The notes below the pieces were generated by a model, which had not been told where the DNA came from, did not search any database, and saw only the letters and a program-made list of their open reading frames with translations. From the NCBI GenBank assembly GCA_043228905.1, contig JBHGNT010000008.1, positions 13,826,001 to 13,890,000 of the forward strand: DNA of 64,000 nt, in the 5' to 3' direction. Made by a program: the position numbers and the translations under genes. The stretch comes from Azolla caroliniana. Its lineage: Eukaryota; Plantae; Polypodiophyta. Below are positions 12,200 through 24,506 of the stretch, in pieces; position 1 is the first letter of the stretch, and every line of letters begins with the position of its first letter.

Positions 12200-13603
12200 A
12201 TGGCGTCCTCAAGCAATCAAGCAGGAGAGTTCGAAAGGATGATGTTGATCGTCGAACAAATGATGAGATCTCGAGACAACGATGTGAGCGCGGGAAAGGC
12301 CATCGATCGTGTCGTTGAGCTCGAGGGTCAATTTGATGGAAGGAACATTACAAAGTTCCTTGATGCATATAGAAGGGAGATGAATCAAAGGGACGTGTCC
12401 GAAGCAGATCAAATCACAAGTTTCAAGAGAGTGGTCGCCAACAACATCCAAAGACGCATCATCAAGATTCAAGAAGGTAAGACAACATGGTCCGAGTTCG
12501 AGAAAGCGATATTAGCGGAGTTTGCGACTAAAGACTTGACGAGGATGACTCGACATGTCCTCATGAAATGGATAGAGAAGAAAAATAAGAAGATAAGTGT
12601 CTCGAGGGTATACGACGAGTTCGAGCAAATGTTTAGTCGTCTCCCCAACACGGACCAAGTGCTACTTGAGGAGGACAAGACTTTGTACTTCTTGAAAGCC
12701 ATGGACATGAAGGATAGACGAGAATTGGGGACTCTTCTCGAAGATGATACCCAAGCAAATGGACTTGTGGCGGACTGGGTTGCGGTGAAACAAGCATGCA
12801 ACAAGATCGACATGCGTCATCGATGGCTCCATGATATTGACTTGGTAAGACCAAATGTAGAAAAAGCAAAACCATCTAAAGAAGTCGAGACGCCTAAACA
12901 ACGCATCCAACATGAAAAGAAGATTGATGACGACTCGAGGACGATGACAACCATTTCAAAGGAGGTCGAATGTTTTGAAACATGCGTCGTGTTCGAAACA
13001 TCGGATGATGAAGGAGCAAGCCAAATCGAAGCTTGCATCAATGGAGATAAAGAGTACAAGGCTAGTGTAATTGAGGATCTAGCCGCTAAAGATGACATCG
13101 AGGAGGTGACTATGAACAAGATAAATGACCACGACCGGATTTTCTCCACACATGTTCTAGAGACTTGGGCAGATGCGTCGGAAAGCAAACGTGAGACCCA
13201 AGAGACAGAAGGTGGCGGCGAGGAAGTGAAGGTCAAACCTAATACATGCAAAGAAGAAGGAGACGTCAAGCCGAAGAGGGTAGATGACGATGATGAAGAG
13301 ACTCTCCCCACAAAGGTTCTTGAGACTTGGGCATTAACCGATGTAAGACCCAAGAGACAGAAGGTGGCGGTGAGAAAACAAAGATCAACGCCAACACGAA
13401 CAACCATAAGGTGGAAGTGGCAAAGAGTAGCACGACAAAGGCAATGCCAAACTACAAAATTCCTCCACACTCGTTTGAGAGACTTGGGCATTAATCGATG
13501 TAAGACCGAAGTGAAGGACAATGGCGGCGAGGAAGCAAGGGTTAAAGCCAATGTGTGCAACAAGGAAGTAAAGCAAAGCAAAATGACGAAAGTCCATGTG
13601 TGA
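12200..13603 (+). CDS. Gag-like protein with charged, internally repetitive C-terminal half
   Basis: Uninterrupted ORF just after the PBS. The N-terminus 'FDGRNITKFLDAY...TTWSEFEKAILAEF' is gag-like. No pol follows. Confidence 0.75.
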   Translation: MASSSNQAGEFERMMLIVEQMMRSRDNDVSAGKAIDRVVELEGQFDGRNITKFLDAYRREMNQRDVSEADQITSFKRVVANNIQRRIIKIQEGKTTWSEFEKAILAEFATKDLTRMTRHVLMKWIEKKNKKISVSRVYDEFEQMFSRLPNTDQVLLEEDKTLYFLKAMDMKDRRELGTLLEDDTQANGLVADWVAVKQACNKIDMRHRWLHDIDLVRPNVEKAKPSKEVETPKQRIQHEKKIDDDSRTMTTISKEVECFETCVVFETSDDEGASQIEACINGDKEYKASVIEDLAAKDDIEEVTMNKINDHDRIFSTHVLETWADASESKRETQETEGGGEEVKVKPNTCKEEGDVKPKRVDDDDEETLPTKVLETWALTDVRPKRQKVAVRKQRSTPTRTTIRWKWQRVARQRQCQTTKFLHTRLRDLGINRCKTEVKDNGGEEARVKANVCNKEVKQSKMTKVHV

Positions 13604-14630
13604 CAAAGAGGTAAAGCAAAGCATGAAGACAAAAGCAAATGTGTGCGACAAAGAGACCAAGAAAACCTCAAAAAGCAAAGATGTGGGCCAAGTGGACCAA
13701 GCGGATATGAAAGATGTGATCACAAAATCTAACAAGGATAATAGTAGCGTAGAAGTCATGGTCAATTCCAACACAAGAGTATACCAAGAAAGTGGACAAA
13801 GTGGGAAACATGCGGTGTGGTCACTTAAGCACCTAGAGGAGAGCATGGCGCTAAATAATGAATCGCTAAGAGTAGTCAACCATAGTATTTCAATAAGGCT
13901 TTTGAAAGACATGCATGGAACAAGAAAGAATGATAAGAGAAAATTAGATGACCAAGGAGATGGCCGAGATGAAGGTGGCACATGCATAAGGAGTGAAGCA
14001 TTATGCTCAAGAGGAGCAAAGAGAGCCATGACAACCGGTCATGGAAATGCAAAGAGTGAACGTAGAATATGGTGGATCGGATGGCAATGGTGATTCCGGT
14101 ACATCAATAAAAAAGTAAAGTAATCAAAAGTGGAGCCTCACCAAAATTGGCACATACCGGTGGATGTGCAGGTTTGGTGGGGGTGAATGAATCTTCTGAC
14201 ACTATGTAAAAAAATAAATAATAAAATAACTACTTTATATTAGCTTAATGGCATGTTATAGAAAGATGGATGTTTGAGAAGATAGGGAAAATAGAACTAT
14301 GATTTATCTCACATAGATAGGAAACTTAAGGCTCTGGCTATATAAGCACCTTGAGAACCCTTATTTTTCATTTGTACTAAGAACACTTTGGCCACTTTTT
14401 CTTGATGGATGATGGTGGCCAAGTTCCCAAAAATCGGAAACAAGGCTGGTAAGCAAACTGGAATCGGGTGGAAAGCAAACCGGAACCGGCCGGTAAGGAA
14501 ATCGGAACTGGACGGTAAGCAAATCGGAACCGGCCAGTAAGCAAACAAGGACCGGCCGGTAAGCAAATCGGAACCGGCGAAATTGGCAATTGGATGGTGT
14601 TGGGGACCGGGCGGATCCGACAACCGGCGA

Positions 14631-14949
14631 TGAGAACAAGAAAGACTTTGATAAACGACATCGACTTCGCCCGAGGAAAATCGTTGAAGGAGATTGGGTG
14701 CTAGTCTATGACAGTAGCCTAGACAACCAACATAGTACGGCTCGAAAATTTTCACAACGATGGTTTGGACCATATGTGGTGAAGAAAGTGGAAGAAAATG
14801 GAACATATCATTTAGTAGAATTGGATGGTACACCACTTGCCTTGCCAAGTGCCGGTAAAAGAGTCAAGATCTTCAAGAGAAGAGATAGAATAGAAATTGG
14901 ATTTGAAGCTTTTGATGATTCTGTCTTGGGCATCGATGAAAAAGTATAG
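14631..14949 (+). pseudogene. Gypsy integrase C-terminal (GPY/F) tail of the autonomous E-family partner
   Basis: 'GDWVLVYDS...KFSQRWFGPYVVKKVEENGTYHL..LDG'. No chromodomain. Confidence 0.88.
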
Positions 14950-15016
14950 TAAATAAAGGTGGAGCCTCACCGAAATTGGCACATACCGGTGGATGTGCAG
15001 GTTTGGTGGGGGCGAA

Positions 15017-16076
15017 TGTCGTGTGAATCTTCACACACTATATTAAAAAATAATGAAACAATTATTTTAGATTAGATTAGTAGCTTGTTATAGAAATATG
15101 GATGTACTCAAGAGCTTCAAAACACATTTTACTACATACAAAATAGATAACTACATATCAAGTTAGGTGGAGATGAAGCTTGAGAAGATAGGGAAAATAG
15201 AAATTTGAAGTATTCCACATAGATAGGAAACTTAAGATAGGAAACTTAAGATAGGAAACTTAAGGCCCTGGCTATATAAGCATTTTGAGACCCCTCATTT
15301 TCATTTGTGCTAAGCGCACTTTGGCCACTTTGTCTTGATGGATGATGGTGGCTAAGTTCCGAAAAACCGGAAACCGGCCGGTAAGCAAAACCAGAAATCA
15401 GCCGCGAAGCCGGTGAGGCGGCGACAATCGGCGACCAGACGGAACCGGCAACCGGACAAGGCTGGATGCAAACGAACGGATGATAGGATCATGTGGCTAA
15501 TTAAAGTGAAGTGAAGAAAAATAAAGTAAAGGTCATGTGGACGGTCACATGCAACTAAAATAAAAAGCCATGCAACTAAAAATAGATGCAACTAAAAGAA
15601 AAAGCTATGTAACTAAAAGTAGAGGCCATGCAACAAAAAGTGGACATGCAGATGATCAAGGGAGAACTCCATATAAAATTCCATTTTTTTCCCTACACTC
15701 ATGCTCTCTCCATATTATCTTAATTTTTTCTTCTCCTTCTAAGCTCCCTTATCTTATCGAAGCCAAGAACCCTAAATTTCCGGACAGAAGTCATAAACCC
15801 TAATTTTCCCTACGGAAGCCATATAATTTTCCTATCGAATCCGTATCTTAGTTTCTTCTAATCTGTTATTCTAGTAATCTCCATAAGCTAAAACTTTTTG
15901 TAATCCCAATCTTGGGATTGATTGTAATTTTTCTTTTCTATTTATTAATGAAATTTGTCAATCTTTCTCATTTTCCATTAATTGTTTAATATAAGCATAC
16001 GAATTTGATATCTTCCGGTCGGAGGCCCCGGGGTCTTGCCTCAAAGTTCACGTATCCTCGTCGTAATATTGTGACA
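15017..16076 (+). repeat. Full E-family LTR flanked by PPT (left) and Trp PBS (right)
   Basis: TGTCGTGTGAATC...TTGTGACA, with GGTGGGGGCGAA before and TCTT-TGGTGAACCCGACGTGAA after. Confidence 0.93.
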
Positions 16077-16426
16077 TCTTTGGTGAACCCGACGTGAAAC
16101 GAGGCAGTAGGAGGATATCTTACTGATAACCCTAAATTTTCCATACAGAAGCTATTCAACTCATAAAACCATAATCTCTTATCAAAGCCAAGAACCCTAA
16201 ATCTCTATTGAATCCATATCTTAGTTTCTTCTAATCTATTATTCTAGTAATCTCCTTAAGATAAAACTTTGTAATCCCAATCTTGGGATTGATTATAATT
16301 TTTCTTTTCTATTATTAATGAAATTTGTCAATCTTTCTCATTTTCCATTAATTGTTTAATATAAACATATGAATTTGATATTTTCCGGTCGGAGGCCCCG
16401 GTGTCTTGCCTCAAAGTTCACGTATC

Positions 16427-18920
16427 ATCGGTTAGCAACACATACTCTACATTCGGAAATCTTCGGGGGGCTCTTCCCTCCCGGAGAGGATATCTCCATC
16501 CTTGATATATAATTGCTGGTTCCTCCATCTGTTCTTCATCCGAATCCAATTCGGGATCTTGTCCGGTTCTGGTGTCTTCTTCTTCTGGTTCTTCTTCTGC
16601 TTCTTCTTTGGTCGGTTCGGTTTCTTGCCCGTATCCGGCCGGTTCGTCGAGTGTCATCCAGTTACCGACTAACAAACGGTTTTCAAAAGGGTATATCCTT
16701 TTATCCTCAAGCCGGTTTTCAATGGATGATCCGGAGTTCGTTACCTTCTTCTCCGACTCCTAGTCGGCAATGGTCCTGTCTTTCATGAAGACTATGTCCC
16801 AACTCTAGAACACCTTTATGTCGACCATATCCCACACCCAGTAACCAAACTCATCATCGTCGTATCCATGGAATATGCATGGTCGGGACTTCGGATCTAG
16901 CTTTGCTCTCTTGTCCTTCGCCACATGCACGTATGCGAGACACCCGAACACCTTCAGATGCCGGTAAAACACATCCTTACCGGTCGATACTTTTTGTGGT
17001 GAGTCTCTGTCCAAGGGTACTGAGGGTGATCTGTTTATCACATAGGTCGCCATCGTCAACGTGTTAGCCCAAAACGGCTTGGGTAACTTTGCATGTGCCA
17101 ACATGCTCCAGACTCTCTCCATTCTGGTTCGGTTCATCCTTTCGGCCTGCCCGTTTAGTTTTGGCGTCTTCGAGACAATAAACTCAAGCCGGATTCCCTT
17201 TGACCTGTAGTACTCCTTGAACTGCCCCTAGTATTCTCCTCCGTTATCTACTCGAACTGCTTTCAGCTTCCGGCCGGTTTCTCTTTCTACTCTCGCGTGG
17301 ATCTCCTTGAAGACGGATAACACTTGGTCCTTCGTCTTCAACGGTGAGACCCACAGGTTCCGGCTGTGGTCGTCTATGAACGTCACGAAGTACTGCGATC
17401 CAGAATGTGACTTCGTGTTGACTTGACACACATCGGCATGTACTAGCTCTAGTGGTGCATTCCGTCTCATCGGTGGTCTTGACTGGAAGGAGGTGCGGTT
17501 TTGCTTGCCGGCCAGGCAGTCCGTGCGCTTCTCAAGTTGCACGTCCTTCACCGGAATGAGATTGTCTTCGACAAGCCTCTTCATCTCCTTCTCACTCATG
17601 TGACACAGTCTTTTGTACCACAACTCACCGGCAGTGTCGGATGCTACGTTCACTTCTTCCTAGCATATACGGGCATTCATCAAGTACAATGTGTTGACCT
17701 TCCAGGCTCGAGCCACTATTAAGCTCCCTTTGTAGAACTTCATGACACCGTTCTAGATGCTACCTGTGTAGCCTTCATCATCTAGCCGACCGGCTGATAT
17801 CAAGTTCAGTCGAACCTCTGGAACGTGTTAGACATCCTTCAGCACCAACTAGCATCTGATGTCGTCAACAACACATCTCCTATGCCGATAATTCGGCATG
17901 TCCCTTCATTCCCCATCCGGACACAGATGTGCTCACCGGCTGTGTAGGATGAGAAGCATTTCCGGTCCGGGGTAAGGTGGAACGACGCTCCGGAGTGGAC
18001 AACCCACATTGTCTTGTTGACGACAAGGTTCAACTCGCTCTCCTCGGTGATGAGCATTAGTTCTTCTTCACTTGCCGCGATCGCCATCATTCCCTTCTAG
18101 TCCGGGCCTTGCCGATCCGAACCGTTTTGGTCCGGTGACTTCTTCGAATCGGTACTGTCGGTTCCCTTGTCCTTTCGGAAATGCCGACAGTTCTTTTGGA
18201 AGTGCCCCGACTTGCCGCAATAGAAGCAAGTGGGCCTCCCCCTTGACTTTGACCGTGTCCCCGACTTTTGCCGGTTCTAGGGACTCCGATTCCTTTGTCT
18301 TCCGCGTTCCGATTCGGTAAGGAGGGCTTTGGCGTCGGAGATCATCTCCTTGTCTTTCCGATGCGCCTCCTCATCTAGCAAGATCGACTTGACCCTTGCT
18401 AGGGATAGTTGTTTTCCTTCCGACCTGAATTGCCCAACGTGATAACTAACATCTCCCAACTACCTGGGAGGGAACCGAGCAGGAGTAGAGCAAGTAACTC
18501 ATCGGCGAGAGGTACTTCCAATGAGGTTGCTTTGTGTATCAGCCCCTAGAAGGCATTCATGCGCTCAGCCATACTGGAGCCGGTTTGGTACCAGAGCCTC
18601 ACTAGCTTCCGAAATACCGAATCCCGATTAACGACATTCTTGTTTTGGAACATGATGCCGATCTTCTGCCAGAGTTCATGAGCCTTGCTCTCTTCATTGA
18701 AGTTGTTGTATAGGCTCATGTCGATGAAGCACCGGATGTATGCCATCTTCTTCATGTGCATCACCTCCCACACTGTGGCGTCGATCTTATCTGGTCTCTT
18801 GTCCCCGAACTGAACTGGCAACCAAAGATCTTTAACCACCAACATGTCCCTCATCTTCGACTTCCACATTGAGTAGTTGGAGTTGGTGAGATTGAACATG
18901 TTGTCTTAAGATTCTTCCAT
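16427..18920 (-). pseudogene. Copia gag, protease and integrase of element D
   Basis: 'NYSMWKSKMRDML', 'WVVHSGASFH', 'LWYKRLCHM', 'FIDDHSR', 'DNGGEY', 'LKVFGCLAY'. Many stops. Confidence 0.95.
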
Positions 18921-19576
18921 TTTCTGTGTTGCTTGCTCTAATACTAGTTTGTAGAGTAATGCGTGGAATATCACTTGGCCACAACTGAGTAGTAAGAAAA
19001 ACACTTCTATAGGAAATAAACACAGAAATGGGAAGTGGAGAGTGCATAAGAAAAATGACACAGGATGTTTACGTGGAAAACCCTAATAGGGAAAAAACCA
19101 CGGGAGCCCATAGACTCCGAACTATCACTATGAAGTGAAGGGGTACAATCAGAGACTTGGAAGCAATGACCTCGAGCTCTATTTCTTCGCACAATGGTAG
19201 TTACAACAGAGTATCGTTCTGTATCTCTCTCTCTAACTCCCTCTCACTTTGTCGCTCTCTCTATACAACGGTTACAACAACAATAATAACTATACTAAAG
19301 TGATTGCCGTAAGTCATATTTATACTTATATGAACTTAGGGCTATTTACAAATATAGCCTCAATGGGCTTACTTAGAAACATATTTACAGATATGTCTTC
19401 TACATCCAGTTCTCACCGGGTCTTCTATCCGGTTCTCAAGATCCCATCCGGAGGGACCGAAAATCCCAACACATAAGGTCATGGGTTCGAGTCTTGCCAT
19501 ATCATGACACTATCCCCCCTTTAAAACGATGAGTGTCACGAGTCGTTTTGGATTGAGGACCCAGTTTATCTGGATA

Positions 19577-22419
19577 TTAACGATGGAAGTTTTCAAGAAG
19601 AGCACGAACATTGGTCACATTCTCTATTGGTTCCCAAGTACGCTCATTGGGACAATATCCTAGCCAATCGACTAAATAGTAGAGCTTGTTGCGAACAATC
19701 TTGGAATCGAGGATGGCAGCAACCTCGTACTCAGGTCCACCTTCAAGTTCGATGGGGGGTGGAGGTTGTGGAATACGTCCTGGGATGGTGTTGTCTTGAT
19801 GGTGTTGAGAACTATGAAACACCGGATGTTTGCAAAGTTGCGGGGGTAGATCGAGACGAAAAGCGACATCATTAATCTTTCCGATAATACGGAAAGGACC
19901 TAATCTCCGATAATCCAACTTCTCGCATGGGCGAGTAGTCTTGATGTGTCATCGTAGTAGCCATACCCGATCTCCAATGTTAAAATTGGATGGAAGCCGA
20001 TGACGATCCGCGTAAACCTTGTGTGTTTGTTGAGCTTGATGTAGATGAGTAGATAAATCTACTTGTATCTTGCGTAACCACTCCAAACGATCCTCTACGC
20101 AAGGATTTGTGGGTAACTTTGGGGTTTCAAACACACACCACTGGGGGTGACAATCTGTATAAGCATAAAATGGCGTAACTTTAGTCGATGAGTGGACAAA
20201 GTTATTATAGGAAAATTCAGCGAAGTGGAGAATATCCGCCCAGTCATCCTGATGATAGCTTAGAAAGCACCGAAGATACTGCTCCAACGTTTGATTTGTT
20301 CGTTTTGCTTGGCCGTTGGTTTGCGGGTGGTAGCTGGAGGAGAGGTTACAAGTGACCTTCAACATTTTAAAAAGGTGCTTCCAAAATTTCGAGACGAATT
20401 GGGGTACATGGTCGCTGATGATATTATTAGGAAGGTCATGATACCGACATACTTCACGCATGACAATTTCGACGGTTTCTTCATTGGAGATTTCCTTAGT
20501 ACATGGTAGGAAATGAGCCATCGTCATATATCGATCTACTACTGTTAAAATCGCATCGAATCCCTTAGAGACTGGAAGATCTGTGATGAAATCTAGAGCA
20601 ATGGATTGCCACGGTTTGCTTGGAATTGGTAATGGTTCTAAAAAACCATATGGATGATGCCTTGACATTTTTTCTCTACAACATGTATCACAAGTCCAAA
20701 CAAAATCTTCAATAAATTGTTGCATATAGGGCTTCTAAGGTCTTAGTACTACCAAAATGCCTAGTTGTATATGTGTCATGACAGTTTTGAACTACTCAAA
20801 GGTGGCAGGAACCATTAGGAACATACAAGAGTTTCTTAAAGAATAGTAATCCATCATGACATTCGAATTGTTGATATTCTGTACCTGGTTGTTGCGACTA
20901 TGAACAAGATGCTCGCGAGGGATCAATTTGTGCTAGAATGGCTTGGGCGAAAGAATCTGTCTTCAAGTCCTTATGCATGGTATCCATAACGTGGGAATCC
21001 AAGGGCATGCCGAAGACCTATGTTGCTTGTAGTCGTGTTGGTCCCAAGATTACTTACTTTTGGTTATTGAAAGCTGGCTCGCCGGGACGCGGTGCTAGAT
21101 ACGAACATCATGATAATGCATCTGTCTTCCCTTGGTGCTTCCTCGGACGATATGTAATTTTGAAGTCAAACTCGTGAGGAATTGGGCCCACCGAGCTTGA
21201 CGTTGATTTAACACACGAGCACTCTGAAAGTAGGCAAGGTTTTTGTGATCATTGAATACGGTGACTTGATGAGAGGATCCCTCTACAAAATGCCTCCATT
21301 GCGTAAAAGAGTCCACTACTGTTAATAGATCCTCATCATGAATTTCATAGTTGATTTCGGCGACGTCAAACTTGTGTGAGTGGAAAGCCACAAGATGTAG
21401 GTTTTCATCATTACCTTGTTGTGACAGAATGTGACCCAATGTGAAATCCGACGCGTCCGCTTCCATGATGAATGATTTTTCCGGATCAACGTGAGCTAGA
21501 ATAGGAGCCAATGTAAATGCCTTCTTCATGTCCGCTTCTCAAAATTCATGTCCGCTTCTTCAAACCAAACGAATGATTGTCCCTTCTTAGTAAGTTGTGT
21601 GAAAGGCAGAACAAGCTTGGAGTAATCTTGTATAAACTTGCGGTAGAAATTGGCAAAGCCTAAAAAGCATTGCACATCTCGCAACGAATGTAGAGTTTGC
21701 CACTCTACCACTGTTTTGACCTTAGCTAGATCCATGGAGATGCCTTCCGAGGAGATGACATAGCCTAGAAATTCCACCTGGTTGCACCCAAAACTACATT
21801 TTTCCAGCTTTGCATAAAGACCATGTTCTCGAAGTCGTTTTAGTACTAATAGTACATGAGAATCATGTTCTTCTTGGGTCTTTGAATAAACTAGTAGATC
21901 ATCCAAATAGATGATCAAACAAACATCCAAAAGATCTTGGAATATATCATTTTCGATGTGTTGGAAGACTGCTGGCGCATTAGTGAGGCCAAATGGCATG
22001 ACCGTATACTCGAAGTGCCCATATTTCGTACGAAACATGGTGTTCCATTCATCTCCTGGTCGGATCCATATGAGCTTATATGCTCCCCGTAAGTCGATCT
22101 TCGTGAAGAATCTTGCAACATGGATCTGTTCTAAAAGACATGAGATAAGGGGAAGTGCATACCTATTTCTGATGGTGACCTTATTCAAGCCACGGTAATC
22201 TACAACAAGACGAAGTGATCCATCCTTTTTCTTGACGAAGAACATGGGTGCGCCGACTGGAGATTTCGAATGCCGAATGAAACCATTTTTCAAATTTTCC
22301 TCTATATAGGCTCGAAGGACTTCTAGCTCGGTTGGTGACAAATTGTAGATCGGTCCCCATGGTGGCTCTTTTCCCGGTTGTAAATTGATGGGGCAATCAT
22401 ACGGTTGATGGTGAGGAAG
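19577..22419 (-). pseudogene. RT-RH-INT-chromodomain of element C
   Basis: 'LVVDYRGLNK', 'YLDD', 'MEADASDF', 'WQSIALDFITDLP', 'YEVAAILDS...YLVDWLGY..ERTWEP'. Confidence 0.96.
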
Positions 22420-23783
22420 TGTTGTGTGATTCTTTACACACTATGTAAAAAAAAGAAAATAACAATAATAATGAGATATTTATTTTATAGTAGCTTAATG
22501 GCTTGTTATAGAAAGATGAACACCTTCAAGATTTTCCGAATGTATTTTACTACATGTAAAATGGATAACTACATATTAAGTTATGTAACTATGAAGCTTA
22601 AGAGGATGAGGGAATACTAGAATTTTAAGATATCCCACATTGATAGGAAACTTTAGCATCCAACTATATAACTAAATTGAAAACCATTAGTTTTTATCTA
22701 TTTGTTAAGAGCACAAAAGGAATAGTTGAACTTGGGCCACTTTGTCTAGATGGATGGATGTGGCTATGTTGCCAGAACCGGGACCAGACGGCGATGGGAA
22801 CCAGCAATTGGCAACTGGCGATGGTGACGGAACCGGTTACGGAACCAAAACTGGCAACTGGACGGCGATGGAAACTGGAATCAGATGGTAATCGAACCAG
22901 AACCGAATAGTGATCGAACCGGAATCGGACGGTGATCGAACCAGAACCGGACGACGACGGAACCGGTGACCGGAACCGGAACCTGATGGCGATTGAACCG
23001 GAACCGGACGACGACAGAACCGGCGACGGGACTGACGATAGAACCGGAACCAGACTGGACGATTGAGGCCGAACGCAGACTAGACAGATCGGATAGGTGA
23101 CGGTAGAGATGATGCATCAAAGCATGGGCGAAACTTTACGGATTATAGGATCGTGCGGCTGAACTAAAGTAAAGTAAAGTTAAGTAAAGTAAACGTCATG
23201 TGGACGCATGCAACTAAAGGTGAAGGCCATGCATAATGTGAGAGGTCATGAAGAAAAAGAAGTCAAGCTTTATGTAAAGGAAAGGTCATGTGGATGCATG
23301 CAATTGAACTCAAGATTAAAACTAGAGTTCCTCATGCAAGTGTATCTTTGAGTGGGGGAAAAAAGAACTCTAAGCCTAATTACCTTATCAAATCCATCTC
23401 TCATCAAAGCTGAAATCCTAATTATCTTATTGAATCCATCTCTCATCGAAGTGGAAAATCCTAATTATCTTATCGAATTCATCTCTCATCGAAGCCAAAA
23501 ACCCTAATTTTCTAATCAAAGCCAAAAAACCCTAATTTTCTTATCGAAGCCATATCTCCGTTAATCTACTAATCTATTACTCTATTAATCTTTGTGAGCT
23601 AAAACTTTTGGAATCCCAATTTCAGGATAGATTGTAACTTTCTTTTTCTTTGCTAATGAAAATTATCAAACTTTGTCATTTTGATTAATTCTTAAAACGT
23701 AAATGTACGACTCTGGTATCCTCTGGTCGGAGGCCCTAGGGTCCTGCCTCGAGTTCACGTATCTTCGTCGTATTTTTGTGACA
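22420..23783 (+). mobile_element. Solo LTR, E family
   Basis: Termini TGTTGTGTGATTC...TTTTTGTGACA match E LTRs. The host C frame resumes on both sides ('VFDKVQANT' / 'LPHHQPYDCPI'). Right flank is ACGT; the left TSD is damaged. Confidence 0.9.
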
Positions 23784-24186
23784 ACGTATTGGCTTGTACT
23801 TTATCGAACACATAGGCATAATGATGATACTTCTTTGGAAGTTGAACGATCGACTCCTCTTTAGTGGTGTCGAAGGGTTTTACTGATATTGCGAAGAGAA
23901 ATATTTCTTCCTTGCGTCCTTCTTCTCGCAACTGATGTAGCGAAATGGTTGCAATCTTATGAGTAGATCCTCAGGCTTGACGATATTGGATTTCTCTTGT
24001 TCTCCAATCTATGTTTGGGTTATGTAATTTGAACCATGCTAATCCTAAAACAATGGGATGTTTTGGGATACTAATTATATTAAATGATACTACACATGCT
24101 AGATTATCTAGGACAATATTAACGGGCTCTGACTCTTCTATGATATTTCCGGAAGTAATGGGACGACCATCAATGACTACTACAGA

Positions 24187-24506
24187 GGCTCTGTATCTTC
24201 GTCAACTGGCGATTACAACAGAGTATAACTCTGTATCTCGTCTCACTCTATACAACAGTTATATCAACAACAATATGACCACATCTCATCTAAAGTGATT
24301 TCCCTAAGTCATATTTATACTTATATGAACTTAGGGCTATTTACGAATATAGCGTCAATAGGCTTACTCAAAACATATTTACATATATGTCTTCTCTTCT
24401 GGTTCTCACCAGCTCCATCCGATTCGGTTTCCGGATCTCTTCCGGTTCTCACTAGGTTCTCTTCATTCATAACCGGATCCCATCCGGAAGGACCGACTAC
24501 CCAACA
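24187..24506 (-). repeat. Truncated D-family LTR fragment
   Basis: Similar to 9200-9499 ('CATATTTATACTTATATGAACTTAGGGCTATTTAC', end CCCAACA). Fused by deletion to the C protease. Confidence 0.85.

Larger units (their letters stand above)
11077..16426 (+). mobile_element. Composite E: tRNA-Trp-primed gag-only LTR element whose 3' LTR contains a captured INT-PPT-LTR-PBS segment
   Basis: LTR1 11077..12131; PBS 12136..12153; ORF 12200..13603; PPT ~14176-14187; partial LTR 14188..~14630; INT tail ~14631..14949; PPT; full LTR 15017..16076; PBS 16081..16098; partial LTR ~16115..16426. The right terminus and TSD are deleted. Confidence 0.9.
8976..19471 (-). mobile_element. Element D: Ty1/Copia, full-length but decayed, carrying composite E
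   Basis: LTRs at 8976..9499 and 18950..19471. TSD CGTAA/CATAA. Degenerate iMet PBS (TAGTATTAGAGC on -, 18947-18936). PPT at 9500-9517. Confidence 0.96.
8547..24186 (-). mobile_element. Element C: Tcn1-like chromovirus (Ty3/Gypsy), 5'-truncated; 3' LTR split by element D, pol split by a solo LTR
   Basis: 3' LTR = 8547..8975 + 19477..19509, matching the solo LTR 57242..57703. PPT 19510-19522. Chromodomain, INT, RH and RT at 19577-22420. Protease end 'HPIVLGLAWFKLHNPNIDWR' at ~24000-24186. Confidence 0.92.

Noticed and set aside
12817-14029. Long antisense ORFs (284 aa and 214 aa)
   Set aside because: They are Ser/Leu-rich shadows of the purine-rich sense ORF with no recognisable domain.
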